Assembly: GCF_964355755.1 (NCBI RefSeq)
Contig: NC_092674.1
Location: 25,730,001-25,794,000 of the forward strand
Reading direction: 5' to 3'
DNA: 64,000 nucleotides
Origin: Antedon mediterranea
Taxonomy: Eukaryota; Animalia; Echinodermata
Shown one piece after another: positions 60,701-64,000 of this stretch (position 1 is the first letter of the stretch; every line of letters begins with the position of its first letter). The translations under genes were made by a program, and so were the position numbers. Below the pieces are notes generated by a model. The model ran no database searches. It saw only the letters and a program-made list of their open reading frames with translations, and was not told the origin of the DNA.

Positions 60701-63700
60701 TTTACTATTTGTCATATCATCATTAGCATAATATAAACTAATTTTCGAAAATATAAACAGAGCATCATATTAGACAGCTGGAATTAAAATTAACTGTAAT
60801 AATGGAAAAAGAAGCGCGTGTGCGTTTTTATTATTATCAGGTATGTCAGTTTACGAATCATCATGTAACTCGCTTCCCTCCCCTCCTATCCCACCATTAT
60901 TAGGTTGGTCGGTCGGTTGGTCGTTCTGTTGGTCTGTAAACACTAGCTTGAGCACGCGACTGCAGCCATGTATATGGCCTTGTTATTATTATATACTTTT
61001 ATTTTAAAAAATTGTAGCAACGTTACAACTTGTGGCCAATAGTCAGATTGCGTGTAACCTTTAATACAGGCTTTTAAAGATATAAAAAAAAACCACCAAC
61101 ATTTAAAATACATAAAAAGATGAAACTATAAATAAACTGATTCTATTAGTAATGCCACATCTAAGGTATTTTCAAAGAGTTTCCTCAAGTGTGAGTTACT
61201 CTCTAATAATATGCTGGGATATCAGTATGCATGTTTAGATTCAATCGATCCAATCCTAGTAATAATAACGATTGTGTTGTTGGTCTATGAAGAAGAACCT
61301 ACAGATAAGAAGTGCATTTAATAGGCCTAATAAATCTGCTTGGCTCTCCCTTTATACATGCATCTGTCTCAGTTATCACGCAGGGAAGTACTCGTAAGAT
61401 CTACTTCTAGATTTAAGTCTAATAGAATGGTACTATACCTCCTTGAAATAAGTGTGCTTTTACTGCACAAGTAGGCTTGTATAGAATAAGATAATTTCTT
61501 CCTGATAGAGAAGTGTTTATGCTTACCTAGTGATTTTACTTATTTTGAAAGAAGGAAATTCTTCACACAAACGATTTCCAAACAAAAGTACCACGTATGC
61601 CCTAATTCTGCAAACCAGAATTTATAATTGACATTTAAGTAAAACATGATATCAAGGCAAACCACATACCTCGTGATTTTACTTATTTATAAAAAAGGAA
61701 ATACTTTACACGAATGATTTTGGCCTGCGTCGATTAGTCTGTTAAAGTAGGCCTTAATATAAATTTCTATAGAGTTGTCCGATCATTAATACACACGGCA
61801 TTGCTAATATATTCCAGTTGAAAGGAGGCCAATGTTGTAAGATCTGCTGCAGGAGTTGCCAGAAAAGCATAAGAATGCCCGCTAAACTGCCTCACGGTCT
61901 GTGTAAACATGGTACCTAAACCTTCTCGAACTTAGTATCCTATGAGCCTGAAACTGTCCTGACTTTGTTTAACCTAGGCCAGTCTCTTAGGCCTTCTCTG
62001 TCGAGAGAAATTAAGATTTTGGATTTTTAGACCGAACTCACTATCCGATTCCCAGTGCTGTATCTCCATACTGTCTGTCTCCGAAGTAGCATAGGAATAT
62101 TTTGTAAATACGTCAGCATCTCATTTATATCACATGTGGTGATAAGGGTTAGGTTACTACTAGATACACGTGAAACACATGTGGTGCTGTATTACCAAAT
62201 ATTCCTACGGAAATAGATACAGTTTCACTATATTTTACTTACTTTATTTTAATCTATATTGTTATCGTTATTTTACAGTTAACTGCGGTAGTTGTTGTCA
62301 TTGTCTACGGAGGGTTCCGTACCTGTCGTTAATAGCTGGAATAATCTTTACTGCGGCTTCAATTTATCTTGGAATTAAAATCGACGGTGCGATTGATATT
62401 TACCGTAATGAGTTCAATATTTCAGACGATGAACCTGATTTGAAGGAGGATGTTACCAAAATGTAAGTAAAGATAAAGTCAGAGACAATTTAAACCATTG
62501 CTCATAAAGTTCACAAGACTTTGTAAAATCTAAAACAAGTCAATTAGAACAAGCGAAACAATCATCTTCACAAATAATTCCATATCTATTCATTTAAAAC
62601 AGGACTATCTAAAAGTGTTTGACTTATACTTAGTTCATTGAGACTTTGATACTTTAATCCTGATTGTAATTGTAGGCTCTACCAGACATGTTTACCACTA
62701 CGCTGAAAATAATATGTGCCACTATATTTTATGATTTTTAAACATTTTGTTTTTCCTATTGTGAAGTTTACACTGTTATTGTTTAATATTAAGTTTGAGT
62801 GATACACAAGGCAAATTGATGGTTACTTCCCTCATTGGTAACGTTTAAACTATTTTTACTACTACAGCCTTGATTACATCGAAGATGGAACATTATATCT
62901 AATCATTGTAACTGCCGTGTTTGTGGCAATTGGTATTGTTGTGGCGTTCCTTGAGACAGGACCTACCAGAATGAAGTATTGCATCGGCAAATGGAAAAAG
63001 TGCTGCGGATTATTCTGGACCGATGTGGTAATTAATTGGTTTTTTTATATTGAATAGAGATTTTAACTGGATAGTATTTGGCAGTTTCAATCCTAAAGAA
63101 TATCAGTATCCCTTCAACTAATCTCTTCAATTATTCAATTATCAATCGAATCGACACAAATTAGAAACTTTACAAAAATAATTCAAAAAGACAGGTGCAA
63201 AAGGTCCTATAGTCCTTTTTGTCTTAATGTCTTTTTCTGAAAACAACACTTTCTAGTAAACCAAAACTTGTCTGGTTTAAGTGTATTTTAAATGTGTTTG
63301 GGGCGTTTCTTTTTTCTTTTGTGAGATGAATTTCATTTTATTTCCATTTCTATACATTTCATTACACTTCAAATCATTGTAATTGGAAGTTTCTATAGGA
63401 AACTGAAAACTTATTTGGCAATAAGAACACTATTGCCTTCATGTTGTATCAGTTTCTATATATTTCACCATACAAAAATAGCTAATCTTCTTTATTTCTA
63501 TTCGAATTAATGTATAGGCTTAGTAATTACATTCACATTTCCTCCCTGATCACAGTATATGTTTTGATTTTTAGCTGATTGGAGCCACGTTTCTGATGTT
63601 TTTAATATGGCTGTGTGCGGCTGCATGTGGAACTTTTTATGCGGCTGGTGTTTACATGTTGGACCAGTATTGCCAATCGGAAAACGGAATGACTAAAGTA

Positions 63701-63725
63701 GCTGTTGTTGATCTAGATGTTTACG
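51748..63725 (+). CDS. Proteolipid protein / neuronal membrane glycoprotein M6 (PLP/DM20/GPM6) family tetraspan protein, 5' partial
   Basis: Exons 51748-51754 (accATGGGAG|gtaagt, a tiny first coding exon as in PLP1), 62279-62462 (VNCGSCCHCLRRVPYLSLIAGIIF...), 62868-63027 (..VAFLETGPTRMKYCIGKWKKCCG..), 63575-63725 (LIGATFLMFLIWL...YCQ...DLDVYG); phases are consistent. Matches family motifs CC..CL..(V/I)PYASLIA, F..TGA.R, CG, .DLRQYG. The link to exon 1 is less certain. Confidence 0.8.
52576..52748. mobile_element. MITE family A copy
   Basis: tta-aggtctgtattcactatcaaac ... gtttgacagagct-tta. Confidence 0.8.
54100..54713. repeat. Tandem duplication (about 426-bp offset) with internal deletion
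   Basis: ccgctggatcaaggagattatagtaaaagtccat at 54100 and 54526. ggcctatgcattattt.gcctgattataacc.acatgtaggcca occurs twice. Confidence 0.85.
57870..58118. mobile_element. Harbinger-like MITE family B copy (57870-58026) plus duplicated right half
   Basis: agcttggtttctact ... gtgggaaccaagct, with the right end repeated at 58105-58118. Homologous to 12310-12476. Confidence 0.75.
59131..59220 (+). mobile_element. HINE-like element 3' part
   Basis: cactatgtcggtcgg..(GGTC)n..ttgagcacgcgactgcagtcatgtatatggc. Confidence 0.6.
59484..59785. mobile_element. Inverted-repeat element containing a tRNA-like segment
   Basis: ttttcgtacataagttggggac (about 59516-59537) vs gtctccaacttattacgaaaa (about 59731-59751). 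B-box-like GGTTTGAATCCC on the minus strand. Confidence 0.45.
60901..60984 (+). mobile_element. HINE-like element 3' part
   Basis: (GGTC/GGTT)n..ttgagcacgcgactgcagccatgtatatggccttgtt. Confidence 0.65.
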
Positions 63726-64000
63726 GTGAGTATAGTCGAATTTTCCACAACATTATACAATGAAATTAAGTATACTTGCCTAAAATGAATAGATTTTAAC
63801 CATCTCTTTCCTTAGGATTTTCAATAAAGATAGAATAATTATAACCTTTTTCTAAAAGTTCCAAGTATGTTTTAATGTTGATAATCTTTCTGAGAAAAAC
63901 TAAAACTTTAGTGTTCTACTAATCTAATGTAATTATTTTCTAATCTGTTCATTGTATTTGTTTGCTTTCTCTTTCATATACAACCTTCCTTCAACGTTTC

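Overview
AT-rich, intron-rich, transposon-laden animal genomic DNA. It is probably a marine invertebrate; an echinoderm-like origin is an inference only. Four protein-coding genes can be rebuilt from splice sites and reading-frame phases. (1) The 5' part of a PDE2A-like cGMP-stimulated phosphodiesterase on the minus strand: 6 small exons, 27528 down to 2475, continuing off the left edge and nearly invisible in the ORF track. (2, 3) Two intact, tandemly duplicated MFSD8/CLN7-like MFS transporter genes on the plus strand, 11 coding exons each, in duplication units of about 27985-37468 and 37469-46100. (4) The 5' part of a proteolipid (PLP/DM20/M6)-family tetraspan gene on the plus strand, 51748 to the right edge. 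Introns and intergenic DNA hold a TTAA-flanked, internally deleted piggyBac, ISL2EU-, Harbinger-, hAT-, Kolobok- and pogo-like MITEs, Helentron-type (HINE) elements, RTE/Rex/L2 LINE fragments, tRNA-derived SINEs and several minisatellites. The most unusual signals are: pervasive TACWGTA and TAGGCCTA motifs that behave like transposon excision footprints, including a chained footprint tract next to PDE2A exon 1; amino-acid divergence between the MFSD8 copies concentrated in TM7, TM10 and the luminal loop; and a conserved 21-nt microexon or alternative promoter with tandem DR1 sites. All calls are by eye; no database searches were run.
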